A stretch of 64,000 bases of DNA from Chrysomallon squamiferum (GCA_012295275.1 CM022673.1:9982001-10046000); one strand, 5' to 3'. Shown: positions 44,602 through 57,690, numbered from the stretch's first letter. A program made the numbers and translations. The notes: a model not told the origin generated them from the sequence alone.

Positions 44602-44750
44602 CTTAATATTAGCTCCTTCTCTTCCAGTTCCCTCTCGAATATTTTCGGACAGACTTTAGAGAAGACTGTTTTATTGACAACCAGCAGTTCGCAGTTTTCT
44701 CTCACGGCGATTGTGGCAGTCCTCGTGATATCTTTAAGAAGCGCTAGTTC
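44602..44750 (-). CDS. CNBD2-like protein, coding exon 5 (phosphate-binding cassette)
   Basis: gacag|ELALLKDITRTATIAVRENCELLVVNKTVFSKVCPKIFERELEEKELIL AG|gtgaaa; completes the FGELAL....RTA motif. Confidence 0.92.
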
Positions 44751-45994
44751 CTGTCAGCATACAAAGAAAACTATGCATGAGTTATTAATTCCAAAAACTC
44801 AAAGCAGACGCACATATATCATCATGAACGGCAATAGCTAAATTTAGAGAAAGAAGTATTTTTACAATCTGTGACAGTCTTCATTATGTTTGACGTTGAA
44901 ATAAATGAATACAGATTTCTTTTATTGTTATAACTGTTAATGTGTATAACTACAGACATAAAAGCTTCATTATGCTACAGCTGTCAATACAAATATTTTA
45001 TCACAGATAGTTTCACAACACGTGTTTCAAATATAAAAACGTTTCTGACAAGTTAAAGCAATGAAAAATCCATTTATGCCACAGATAGACAAACACCTAA
45101 CACACACAGACACACATGCACACACATATAACACACAACGTAAAGAAAAGAGAAGACTGAGAAAAAAAAATATGTGCGGATTTCCAGTAAAATTCTATAT
45201 TCCACTTAATTGGTTACTATATGAAATTCTTCTATCATTTCTTAATCTCACAGATCCTGAATAAACCAGTAGAGACGTATGGACCACAAGATACTTAACA
45301 TGGTAAATTAGTTTTGGAGAAAATAAGAGAAATTATCTAAATCAGTTGTTTGTTGTTGTTTTTGTTTGGGGTTTTATAAGGATTATAATTTTTTTACGCT
45401 TTTTACTTCGTAATTTTCCCTTTTAATTATCCATAATATTTTTAATCCTTTCTTACTTTTTTCTTTTTACTTATTTTAAAAATTATTTACAAATAAAAAT
45501 AAATGAATAGATAAATAAAATTTTAAAAGATAAAAGATTGTTTCTGTAAAACAAAGAAAACGCTACATTGTTTTCAAATAGATAAGTTCAAAGTGAATAT
45601 GTGGAGGAACTAACAAATACAACAAACCTTTATTATCGAGATGGTTTGGCATCCGTAGTTTTGATTAACCTCGATTCGAAAATATTATTTAAAAAATCCA
45701 GAATATTTTCAACCACATCTTCCCCGCAAAATAAATCCCATTGTGTTCTTATATCAACATTTTTTAATGTTTGAATACTGCACAGTCAGAGTTATTTGGA
45801 TTAGAGCACTTATTAGTAGTACGGTAGTACGTTACCAAAGCGTTCGAGATAAAATTACGTCACTGCGTACAAGTGTCCTTAGCATTCGCAAAGAGTTTTG
45901 GAACTGTTTACCTGCATATATACCTGCAGAAGCCCCACCCCCTAAACAAAATCAATAATAATAATAATAAATAAATAAATTTAAAAAAGTAATC

Positions 45995-46044
<50 letters not shown>

Positions 46045-46468
46045 ATAATAAATAAATAAATAAATAAATAAATATTTTCTTTTCCGTATATGTAGACATA
46101 TTTAGACTAGAATTTTCTTCTCACTGCCAAACTAAACCTTTAAGTCAAAAAGTCAAAAACAGATTTATTAGTTTTAAATTCTGACATTATTGCGCATTTT
46201 TACATCAGCTTCAAAAAACCATTTACAGGATTTTTGATTAAAGATAAACTTAACATGCACATAAATATTTACCGTCGTGACAGAACGAGATATTAGATTT
46301 ATTTGATACTGTGACTAAAAAACATAAAATTTTACAAGTAATCTCTCCACAACCAAAATGTCTTGGCAGCAAAGAATTCTATCTTAATGGCAACGTGTAT
46401 CAAAAAGGTACAAGATTACCCAAGGCCCGCAAATGTGATTCGAACCGATACTGTAAACAAAAACAAAA

Positions 46469-46506
<38 letters not shown>

Positions 46507-47110
46507 AACAACAAAAAAACAACAACAAAAAAAAACCCACTATTATGATTCATTGTAATAATTTGATGAAATATATTTATAGAACTAATATGTAAGAAAT
46601 ATCACTGTCATTTAAAAAGCATTGGTAAACAAAACATAGATAGAGAAACAAACATACTGATAGTTAAAGACATGGATAAATAAGATGTTCAAACAAAGAG
46701 ACAGATAGATGGAAAAGTGTAAAAAGAATTTAAGAAATGTCTTGTTCTAAGACGCATGAAGGATCTGGCTTGATCCAAATGATGTCTATTAAGAATATAA
46801 AACCCAAAATATTACGTGAGACCATAAAGCAATCCGAAACTATAAAAGGAACTAACCGCTATTTCTAAATAATATTAGTTAATATTAAATTTTTTCGTTT
46901 GCTGTTACCATTTTACGTGAGTGGTTTTTATTTCAAGTGCATAGCAAGTGTTGGTTTTGCTTTTTATTTACTAATTTAACATTAATAAAATTAAAATAAA
47001 CTGCTAATTTTCTACGCTCTGTATTTTTACGAAACTAAGCCTTCAATTCGGCAAGCAATCAAAATCTAGATAGTACTAAAAGCAGATCTCGGTTCTAGCT
47101 ATGTATTCAC

Positions 47111-47270
47111 CCCAAACGAATCTCCTCTAGAAAGAACGGCTTCTGTTTTGGTGAAGGGTTCTCCAGCGGAAGTGACGTCATTGACGTTGACGAAAACCGA
47201 TCCAGAGTACACCAAGTAGAAATTTTGCCCGATGTGGCCCTGTCTCAGGATGACTCTGCCCTCTGACACC
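47111..47270 (-). CDS. CNBD2-like protein, coding exon 4 (cNMP-binding beta-barrel)
   Basis: ttcag|(R)VSEGRVILRQGHIGQNFYLVYSGSVFVNVNDVTSAGEPFTKTEAVLSRGDSFG|gtgaat; shows the cNMP-domain signature ILRQG...FYLVYSG...GDSFG. Confidence 0.92.
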
Positions 47271-47483
47271 CTGAATAGTACATTTTCAGACTTTTATTTT
47301 TTAAAAAAAAATTCAATTTTCTTTCAAATAAATTCCTATTTGTTAAGTATGGAAAGAATAAGTGAAGTTATATTTCCATTATTTCAAAAACTTTATATGA
47401 TTTTTAAATTATTTATAAATATATATACACAAACATTCTTCTTCTTCTTTTTCTATTTCTTCTTCTTATTATTATTTTTGTTA

Positions 47484-47524
<41 letters not shown>

Positions 47525-47694
47525 GTTGTTGTTATTATTATTATTATTTGAAATGTATTTTACTAATATATTGATTATGTTGATTAATATAAATCAAACA
47601 AATTGGTTTAAGGTGTACATTTGTTCCTAATCCAAGGTAATATGTACAATCAAAAGAAAATAACGTAAAAAAAAACACCAAAAAACAAAAATAA

Positions 47695-47772
<78 letters not shown>

Positions 47773-49077
47773 CATCATCATCATCATCATCATCATCATA
47801 ATCATGATAAAGGATTAAAAGAAAATAAATATAAACAAGAAGAAAACTGTCAGTTATTTAAAAGTATTGATTTACAAAAGCTTGACATCTCATAATTATA
47901 CAAACTCTATATTTCTCGTCAATACAGTATTATCGTACTGCAGAATTAAGACAATGAATAAATTTCAAACAAAGAACACGCAGAACCAGAACATCTAATA
48001 ATAAATTTAGACGTCAAAGGAGGTGATTACATCCAAGAGGGCTAAACGTTGTTAACAAATTTCAATAAAATAGAAACCATTCATATTAATAGGTGGCGAA
48101 CATCCAAAGGACACCAAAACTAGCTTTGAGCCATCTACGAGTAGGCTTCATAATCTCTAATGGTCATTCGAAAGGTAGTGTCCTAATTTCAAATGACCTT
48201 TTATATCGTGAATATCGTACAAAGCTAAATATATAAGTGGTGCTAGATCATTAGCCTATTTTATTATTACCAGTGGGTTAGAATACTTTTGTTGTTGTTG
48301 TTGTTGTTGCTGCTGTTGTTGTGGTTGGTTTAAATTATATTTCATATCTTTGTTTGTTTAATACAGGCCTATGGTATATTGAAAACCATTATGTTGAAGA
48401 ATGTAAATTAATTCTGTCTACTTCTATGAGTTTCAGGTAAGGGACGTAACCAGCTGACTAAATCATGTTTATCTTAACCACTATTATATGAAAATCATCA
48501 TCATCAACATCATCATCATTATGATTATTATTATTATTATTACTATCATCATTATCATAATTATTATCTTTGATATCATCATAAGTATTAGTAGTAGTAT
48601 ATCATTATCATTATTAAGATTATCATCATCATTATTATCATTATTATTGCTGTTATAATCATCATCATCAACGTCGTCGTCGTCATTAGTAGTAATAGTA
48701 ATAGTAGCATTAGTAGTAGTAGTTTATAACCATTATGATTATTATTACTGAATATTCTCACTATTTACACACTAACTATTTCTATTATCTCATTGAGTGT
48801 ATGCGTGTGCGATTATTTTCCTGTTACATTAATTTTCATTTTTGTACTGCACTCTTCTTTTTCGTTTTTTATTCTTTTCATTCAGTAATTTTTTAATTCT
48901 CTTTTCCTTATTCTTTCTTTTTAAAATATTATTTATTTCTTCTTCTTTTTTTTTTTTTCCTTTTATTAATTTCGACCTTAACAGCAATTTGCTTGTCAAA
49001 CTTACAATCTCGATTTTTAACGAAAAAAAAAAAAAAAAAAAAAAAACATTTTTTTTTTTTAAATGCCTTCTACCAAC

Positions 49078-49247
49078 CTGTCAAGTGAAAAAGCTTTGCA
49101 GAGTGACATCTGAAGTTTTTCTGTGAACTTGTCAAAAGAACGCATTCCCTTCAACAGCACTTGAATTCTGCGACACTCTCGTGTAGTGCGTTCATCCGGT
49201 CGCTTGTCTAAGATTTTCAGTGCCCATACTGGCATCTTGGTGATTGC
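49078..49247 (-). CDS. CNBD2-like protein, coding exon 3
   Basis: tttttcag|AITKMPVWALKILDKRPDERTTRECRRIQVLLKGMRSFDKFTEKLQMSLCKAFSLD AG|gttggt; contains the ILxKxPxERT helix that precedes cNMP domains in Epac/CNBD proteins. Confidence 0.9.
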
Positions 49248-50132
49248 CTGAAAAATACATATATCTGCCAACATACTCATAACACATCAGAATAAAATAT
49301 ACACATGTATACATGCATTCATAAATGCATACATACAGAAAAAGACACACATCCATACGTGCACATATACACAAACGTACACACACGTGTGTGCATTTAT
49401 ATACATACATGTATATAATACATAATATTAAATACACTCAAAAGCCCAACAGATGTATAGATGCGTGGATATCTACACATGTACATAAACACATACATAC
49501 ACACGCACACACACACAGTTATAAACACATACACACATACGTGTGCATACATTTACTCATGCATATATATATATATGTATGTATATATATATACGTACGT
49601 ACGTACATACGTACATACAGACAGGGAGACAGAGAGACAGACAGTAAGATAGACAGACAGATATACAAACATATGATAGATATATTTGTCTATACTAGAC
49701 TGGTGTTAAGAAGTCCCGGAAGAATAATTATGAATTGTCTGTCTAGTCCTTAAATTAAGAACATTTGAGAGGAAACAAGCTAATTTGTACCTATCAAATG
49801 TAACTGTAATTCTGTTATTACAACGACAGTTCGGTTAAGTCTTGCCAAAGAGGGATATTCAAAACTAAATCCATGTTGTCTAGCTTTTTCTGTACGTCTC
49901 TCTCTTTTCCTGTCAATGTCTATTTTATTTTGACAGACTGAGAAGTTTAATTTTCTGAATAAAAGTCCTGAGCGTCGTGTCATTATTGTTTCAGGCTACG
50001 TATTTACAATAATCTTTTCCATTAGTTGTAAGGAATCTTCTTACTCGTCAGACCAGGGGCGGGAAAACCTTTCTTAATGCAGTATGTAAACACACATACA
50101 CACACGTATGAATCTCTCTCTCTCTCTCTCTA

Positions 50133-50203
<71 letters not shown>

Positions 50204-50420
50204 TCTCTCTTTCTCTCTCTGTATCTCTCTCTCTATCTTTATCTCTTTCTCTCTCTGTATCTCTCTCTCTCTCTCTCTATCTCTATCTCTCTCTCTTGAA
50301 TATTAATTTACTCTCACACATCAAATGCACTTTCATTCATTCATTCATTCATTCATCCATATGTCTTTTAACTCATTTATTCATTCGTTATTTTCCTCAG
50401 TCACTCATCTCGAAACATAC

Positions 50421-50606
50421 CCTTTCCCTTGTGTAGAAGTCTTTGTTGAAGGCCAGGTTGTGAGAGCGCAGACTGCTGTAGAGAATGTGCCACTGCTGTT
50501 CAGCTGCAGAACGAATGGTCTTGTAATTTGTGTTGGCAATAATTCCCGCCATTACGCGCACCACTCTAAGTACGGTCCAAGCCGCCATTTGAAACGTCTT
50601 CAAAGC
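50421..50606 (-). CDS. CNBD2-like protein, coding exon 2
   Basis: ttgttgcag|ALKTFQMAAWTVLRVVRVMAG...FNKDFYTRER|gtatgt; phases 0/0. Confidence 0.85.
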
Positions 50607-50870
50607 CTGCAACAACGCGAAAGAAAAAAAAAAAAAAAAGAGTAAATATTTAGAGTCTGGTCTAATAACGACTAGAGCAATTGCAGTAATGGAGTTGCGA
50701 AAATAACGAGTGCGTAGGATGAACTACAAAAATCGAAATTAATGTTTGTTGAAATATTCAAGTTAATGAAAGATAAACATACAAGCAGAAGGTCATGTAT
50801 GAAGTAAATTGTGAAATCAAATATCTGTTTGGTTCTTACAGCAGCATAATTACAGAAAATTTGCTTGATT

Positions 50871-50901
<31 letters not shown>

Positions 50902-51121
50902 TGCAATTTCTCCTTGTGAAATGTGAATAGTTTATTTATTTTATTTTAGATTAGTAGGGCTTTGACTTGATAAATGAATAAATACATTTTAATTGTTTTA
51001 CAATCACATACACTAAGGAACAAAAATTGTGTGTATGTGTGTTGTGATAATGATGCATTTTTCTGTTTGTGTATATATGAGTTAGTTTTATATTAGAAAA
51101 CTAAAAACTAAATCAGTTCAC

Positions 51122-52386
51122 CTGAAATTCGTCTTTATCTTTAGTATCTTTTTCATCGCTAATATATCTTCTGTGGCGTTTTCGACGATATTCGACATCC
51201 TTCAATTTCTCTAATTTGTTTGACTTGCCACCAAATAACAGTAACTCTAACACAGTTCTTTTATCGACTTTGTTACCGGAAATGAGTGCGAGATTATTCT
51301 TTATCTCGTCTGCTTCCTGTTCCCGTAACTGACGTTCTTTTGTCGTTTGGCCGCTGCGCGCCAAGGCTTTCTGACAGGCCGAAATTACGTCATTTACAGA
51401 ATGTGTATAGAGATGTGTCGGGATAGTTTTCTTTTCTGTTTTCTCCAAATCCGGATAATGACACGTCTTTGGTTTGAGTTGAATTTCGCCAAGTTCAGTC
51501 ATGAATGCCATTCGTGTTAATCCTTTTCTTGGAAACGATGGTGCAGAATGGAGCCATCTGTATCTGTGGAGACTTCTGTCCATGGAGATGGAAGTAGGTC
51601 GAACTCGGTCACTGTCTCCGATTCCCCACCCAGGCGTAGTTGTCCGTTCTCCAGAAGACGCCGCTAACACGTCCATTTTATGGAATCCTTGAATACCAAG
51701 AGCACCCGCAGTTTTAGCCCGGCTGTTGATAACTCCTGTTGAAGAAGCCTTCAAGACATCTTTATTAAATCCCTGATTACTGAAATACACTGCTGTTTTG
51801 GCTCGATTATTGCTATGACTATCATTTCGTCCTCCTAAAGATCCATCTAACTTAGATTTTGTGTGTTAAAAGGCACTGCTGTAATAGCCCGGCTATCGCC
51901 ATGAAAATCTGTTCGTTCTGCTGAATTTTTTGATACCTCAGCTCTGCCGAACCCTTGACAATTTAACGTAACTGTCGATTTGTCGTGGTTACTTACTGTC
52001 CTGCCAGAAGTAGTAGTTCCTTCTCCAGAAGGTACTGTTACCTCAATTTTATTAAATCCTTGATTACTAAATATCCCCGCAGTTTTAGCTCTGTTAACAA
52101 GAAGCTTTGGCTTAAGAATAACATTTCTACTATCAGTGGCTTCTGATGTGGAATACTGATGGATACTGACTGGCAGATCATCCTGAAAATCCAAATCACT
52201 ATCACTGTCTGAGTAACTACTGGAATCCGACTCTTCTAAACACTGACGTTCTTTCGGAGGTGGTTTCGTTTCTAAACCTATATTGACATAGTGTGGTCTT
52301 AATGCTGATTTCGATGGAGGTTGCAGAGAATATACTCCCAGAGGACAAGTTGGTACGGCTTTGGCATTGTAACCACACAGAGCCAT
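51122..52386 (-). CDS. CNBD2-like protein, large first coding exon (repeat-containing N-terminus, interrupted by a 1-nt frameshift near 51850-51865)
   Basis: Two overlapping ORFs share RAKTA..FSNQGFNK repeats. ATG at 52386; donor CAG|gtgaac at 51121. Length is 1265 nt, one short of a multiple of 3. Confidence 0.7.
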
Positions 52387-53447
52387 GTTTAAATTTACGT
52401 ATATTCCGATGCATAAGTTAGACTCAGAATATACCCAACTTTCAACGAATGCGTAGTCAGACCTTGCGATATATGATTAATATATTATTGTTAATGCATA
52501 TCCAGCACTTCTCCCTTCTGTGTTCAAATAAAAAATATGAATTCATGTTAGTGTGTATTTTCGCAATATTATATTATTATAAAGACGTTCTCGTTATAAG
52601 CACAAAACCGTAGTATTTGGTTAAGCGCCAAACGATATTTGTATAATGATATATGTATTTCCAAATATATCTACTGTAACCTATATATAATGTCTATTTG
52701 TCAATCCTTTACCTATGAATGTATATTGTATGTATGGTTTATAATGTCGATCAGACATAGGGGTAAAAAGTCGAAGTAGATAATAGAGAAACGGATGGAT
52801 AGACAGAGTGACAAATAAATATAGGAATGTGTTAAGTCTCAGAATGGTTCATAAGGATCACACAGGTTCATTCAGAAAAAAAAGAAAGAAAGAAAAAAAA
52901 AGTAATGAGAAACAGAGCTAGACAAAGAGGATAAATAGACAGATTGTCAGACAAACAGATTTGACGGACGAATGAATGAACAGATCAATTCAAAGAGACT
53001 GCTACAACCCAACAGACAAATAATAATAATGACAATAATAATTTATTGAATATAAAATAACGGAAAAAGAATCATAAAGAATTTAAAAAATAGTAAAATA
53101 ACTCAGTCCGGTTTTCATTATGCGAAGAAATGATCTAATTTTATTTTTGCCCACTCATATTATTGTTTTTTTAGTTACAAGTTTTTGCTAATAAAATTTA
53201 TAACAAGAAAATATTTGTGAACTAGCTGTATCCTCAGTCTATCAAGAATTTTTAATTTCTTTGTACGAAATAATGTCAGTTGTTTCTTTACGGATTCGTT
53301 AAATTAATTATTTGCTTTACTAGACATAATGATGGTCAAACAATACAATCATTCCAAATATACCAAATTTATATCTAGCTATAACCAATAGAAAGACTTA
53401 AATAATTTTTAAACCAAAAAATATCTAAAAACTAACAGTCATCTTAC

Positions 53448-53560
53448 CTATTGTTCAGAAGACATCAGCATATAAAACTTAAAATAATAAAAACGCTTTG
53501 AATATGCCTGATTTTTAATCGGCAAGCCTTGTGTTATCCAGAGATAAACTCACATTCGTG
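53448..53560 (-). other. Probable non-coding 5' exon of the CNBD gene (5' boundary unknown)
   Basis: Minus-strand donor TAG|gtaaga at 53447 pairs with acceptor tttttatttgaacacag at 52518, upstream of the ATG. Confidence 0.45.
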
Positions 53561-54564
53561 TCAGTCATACGATGTAACAAGAGAAATGGGCGAGAAAAAG
53601 GTTAATAACATGCCCAGGTTTAGATGAAAGAAAAAATCGCCGGTGTCAATATCTAAATAAAGCCCTAACTCAAATTACAATATGTCATAATCGATGGCAC
53701 ACATTAACAGTCTGGTGTTTACATAAGTAGGATTAATTTTATATTAATCGCTTTCTCGCACCTGACCATATAAAAGAAAAAAACTGCTGTCCAAAACATT
53801 TCGATTCAGACGAGGTGACAAAAGGCGGGAAGCCGCCAAACGGGTTCTGCTCTTTTCGTGAGTATTTTTGCGCCTTTCTCTTCACAGCTGTATGTTCGTT
53901 TGTGTGGTTCGATTCTTTGGCGTTAAAAGTTAAGCGGTGACACATATCTAACAACACGCACAATCACTAAAATCGGAATAATTGAGACATTTTATGGTCG
54001 ATGGGAAATCGCCATAATCCCTTTCACGAGTTTTGTCACTGTATTTTCTTAATACGAATTACTTTTTATCGTGTCAGTGATGTCTACGCATACGTATTTG
54101 ACTATTTATTTGTTATTACGTTTGATTTTATTAATAATATTATTTAAATTTTCATCATTTTATTAGTTTTTTTGGGGAAAAAAATATTTTTATAAGACGT
54201 ACCAAGAATAAGAAATATTTACACTGAAAAAAAAACCCACAAGTACATGCATACCACATAAATATTTCGAAAAAATATTCGTGCTTTAGTGTATGGATGA
54301 GTGAATGGGTTCATCAAACATTGCACACATTGCAGTTTTCTAAATATATATTTATATATATATATATTATAAATTAGTAATATATTTATTTATTTCAAAA
54401 ATCAGTAACTATTAGTAATTTATCGTGTGTCAAATTAAAACTCACAGAATTTAATTTGGTACAGAGTGTAAATTACCATCATTTTTCCTGGAATTGTCCT
54501 AATTTCTTTTCCGATGTTCACTTTCGATGCTTTTATTTTGTCTTATTTTCTGTAAATAAAATTA

Positions 54565-54625
<61 letters not shown>

Positions 54626-54626
54626 G

Positions 54627-54713
54627 TAATTCAGTTAACTAAATTATTAAGCAATAATTAAAATCTTTTATTATTATTATTATTATTGCTTAATAATTTA
54701 GTTAACTGAATTA
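54627..54713. repeat. Perfect 32-bp inverted repeat with a 23-nt spacer
   Basis: 54627-54658 taattcagttaactaaattattaagcaataat is the exact reverse complement of 54682-54713. Confidence 0.95.
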
Positions 54714-55183
54714 TATTACAAGGTAATTTTGTTATTTTATTTTATTTTTTTAGTTATTTTTAGCTATAATAATAACTTATTCTAATTTATTCAACGTATT
54801 TCTTTTTTCTTTTTCTGTTTTTTTTTTTCAACTTTTTGTCTAATAACAATATAAAATTAAGTTATTCATGTAAGTGTTTTTTAAGTTTTAAAAACAAACC
54901 AGCAAGCAAACAAATAAATAAATAAATAAATAAAACTTTACGTTCAAAGAGGCAAAGTAATCACTACAAGGAAAAGACAAAAGGTAGGATTTATGAATAA
55001 CAAAATAGACTGTTCTCCATTTGAAGTTGTCGCTTCATCACAATGCAAAATGATGAAAATTAAGAACAGTAATGTGAAACAGTACATAAATATAGCGTAC
55101 ACGGAAACGTGAAAGATAACGGATCAGTTTAACGCCTCTTTCAGTGAACGAAGATGGGATCTTCGGTGTGAGTGTAGAAAGCC

Positions 55184-55276
55184 ATGCATTTTTTAAACAA
55201 TGGAAAAGTTTTATTATTCATAGCATTATGTGCAGGAATTTCATCGTCGGAATCGACTCTTCGAATGGTTCAAGTG
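55184..55276 (+). CDS. ACP2: Histidine acid phosphatase (lysosomal/prostatic type), exon 1 (signal peptide)
   Basis: MHFLNNGKVLLFIALCAGISSSESTLRMVQV|gtaagt. Confidence 0.9.
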
Positions 55277-55521
55277 GTAAGTTGTCAGACATCCTTACAA
55301 AATGATCTATTGACGATAACATTAATAGTAATTTATAATTATATTGCAATTTTCACTTTTACTCTTAGCATATGTTACAAGCTGTTGCATATCGGTCATC
55401 AGAATATTTTTCTGTCAGTAAAGTTTAATATGAATTGGTTCAATTATTTAATTTTTTTATTTTATTTATTTAATACAATATCCCTGTTACCAGGAAGTGT
55501 TACATCTGATACGATTTTATT

Positions 55522-55578
<57 letters not shown>

Positions 55579-55581
55579 TTA

Positions 55582-55618
<37 letters not shown>

Positions 55619-55876
55619 TTTTTTTTTTTTTTTTTTTTTTATTTACATGTATTAATTTTTTTTTTTTTTTTTTTTTTTATTATTTTTTTTTTTTTTTTTT
55701 TTTTAGCAGTATATGTATATATATTTAAAATATCTTAGGATATGGATAATTTTACAAAAATTCATAAAACATTTCTGATATTTGAGTTGGATACAATTAT
55801 AATTTCAACATATAATTCTATCCAATACAGATTTATTAATAATATATATATCACATGTATTTAATCTTTAATACAG

Positions 55877-55972
55877 ATTTTTCGTCATGGTGATCGAAGT
55901 CCAATGTTTTCATATCCAACTGACCCTTACAAAGAAGATGCATGGCCACAAGGATTTGGTCAACTTACAAAG
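55877..55972 (+). CDS. ACP2: Acid phosphatase exon 2 (catalytic RHGxRxP)
   Basis: atacag|[32 protein letters not shown]|gtcaga. Confidence 0.97.
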
Positions 55973-56456
55973 GTCAGAGATTAATCTTATAGATATTAAT
56001 ATAAATATTATATTATTACAAGAATTACTATATACAGTAAAAAATCTGCATTTTAGTATATAAATAATATAATGCTAAATATATAGGAAATTAAAATATA
56101 TGAATACATAATTATTACGTGTGTTAATAATTTATAATAAAAATATGCTATCCTAAAATCATCAGTAATCCTACTATGATTATGTGATTCATTTATCATT
56201 AAATCTGAAACATAATTCCTTTTTTCTTTTTTACTATTATTATTTTTAATTATTGTTAATGTAAACTGTACATTTTTAAAATATCCAACAGTATTTTTTT
56301 TAATTAATTTTAATTTTATATTTTTTTTTTATTTTAACAAATATTACATTATAATTTATTTTTATTTTTTTATTTTTTATTTTTTTTATTATTTTATTTA
56401 ATTTTTTTATTATTTTTTATTTTATTTTTATTTTTATTTTTTATTTTTTTGTATAG

Positions 56457-56543
56457 AAAGGTATGACACAATCATATGAACTGGGTCAGTTTCTAAGAAA
56501 ACGATATGATGATATACTCAATTCTACTTACGTTCACTCTCAG
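56457..56543 (+). CDS. ACP2: Acid phosphatase exon 3
   Basis: gtatag|KGMTQSYELGQFLRKRYDDILNSTYVHSQ|gtaaat. Confidence 0.95.
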
Positions 56544-56859
56544 GTAAATCAAAGTAAACATAATAATGTCTTTCTGTTATTACTAAATAAAATAAAAAAT
56601 CACGTGATAGTTCATTTTGGAAAACAAAATGGTATACATCTATAATGTTGGTACACACACACTCTTAGGGCACTCACTATTTTTTGGACCATGCACTGTA
56701 TATTGATTGCAGAATTGGGTTCACCTACATTGATCAATTTTAATTACATATTTAAAATTATTTTGTTTTCCAAAATTCAACTACAGTCACAAATATTGTT
56801 TATTTTTTCAGCAACATTTAAATTTTATATATTTCTATATCATGTATGTAATTTTCATT

Positions 56860-57567
56860 ATTTACAAAATTCTGATAAAGATAGCACTTTGATAACAGTT
56901 ATAATTACTATTTGTTTTTTGTCAACAACATTTAAATTTATATGTGTGTCTGTGTATATCTTCATTATGTATATAGTGTTTGTTATATAGATATATATTC
57001 AAGATCTTATAAATTGCTTGTTGATTACAACAACAATTACTATTTATTATTATTATTTTTTCAATATTGAAGTTTTATATATTTCTTCATCACATATGTA
57101 ATTTTTGTCACATAGATATGTTCTCAAAATTCTGTTAGAATTACTATTTATTTTTTGTCAACAAGATTTAAGTTTTATCTTGTATGTACTTTTTGTTATA
57201 TTGATACATGTTCAAAGTTCTGATAAGGATAACAACAACACTTACAGTTACTATTTGTTTTTATTTTTGTTGTTTAATTTTTGTTATATAGATATATTAC
57301 AAGTTCTGATAAGGATAACACTTTGATCACAGCAATGCTTACAGTTACTATTTGTTTTTGTTATTGTTATTGTAATCTAGATATATGTTCGAAGTTCTGA
57401 TAAGGATAACATCAACACCTACAGTTACTATTTGTTTTTATTTTTGTTATTGTAATCTAGATATATGTTCGAAGTTCTGATAAGAATAACAACAACACCT
57501 GCAGTTACTATTTGTTTTTGTTTTTGTTATTGTAATCTAGATATATGTTCGAAGTTCTGATAAGGAT
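56860..57567 (+). repeat. ~80-bp tandem array made of the exon 4 acceptor plus the first ~26 nt of the exon
   Basis: ttgttattgtaatctag|atatatgttcgaagttctgataag with exon-start positions 57381, 57461 and 57541. Degenerate copies lie near 57291, 57203, 57113, 56991 and 56860. Confidence 0.9.
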
Positions 57568-57690
57568 CGCGCGCTGATGACAGCCACTGCGGTGTTGTTG
57601 GCGATGTATCCTGGGGGGTCTCAGGCTTTAAAAGATGGAATGACATGGCAGCCAGTTCCTGTACACTCAGTACCAGAAGAGAACGATATA
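57541..57690 (+). CDS. ACP2: Acid phosphatase exon 4
   Basis: IYVRSSDKDRALMTATAVLLAMYPGGSQALKDGMTWQPVPVHSVPEENDI|gtactc (weak donor); matches the family motifs YVRSxDxDR and WQPxPVH. Confidence 0.92.

Noticed and set aside
51860-51875. Programmed -1 frameshift at CCT TTT AAC
   Set aside because: Not a canonical slippery heptamer, and a -1 slip there reads TTT TAA, an immediate stop.
55525-55620. (AAT)n followed by (ATT)n palindrome as a structured RNA
   Set aside because: Pure microsatellite symmetry, expected in this repeat-rich background.
57300-57567. CRISPR-like repeat-spacer array
   Set aside because: Whole units are repeated with no unique spacers; eukaryotic intron context with no cas genes.
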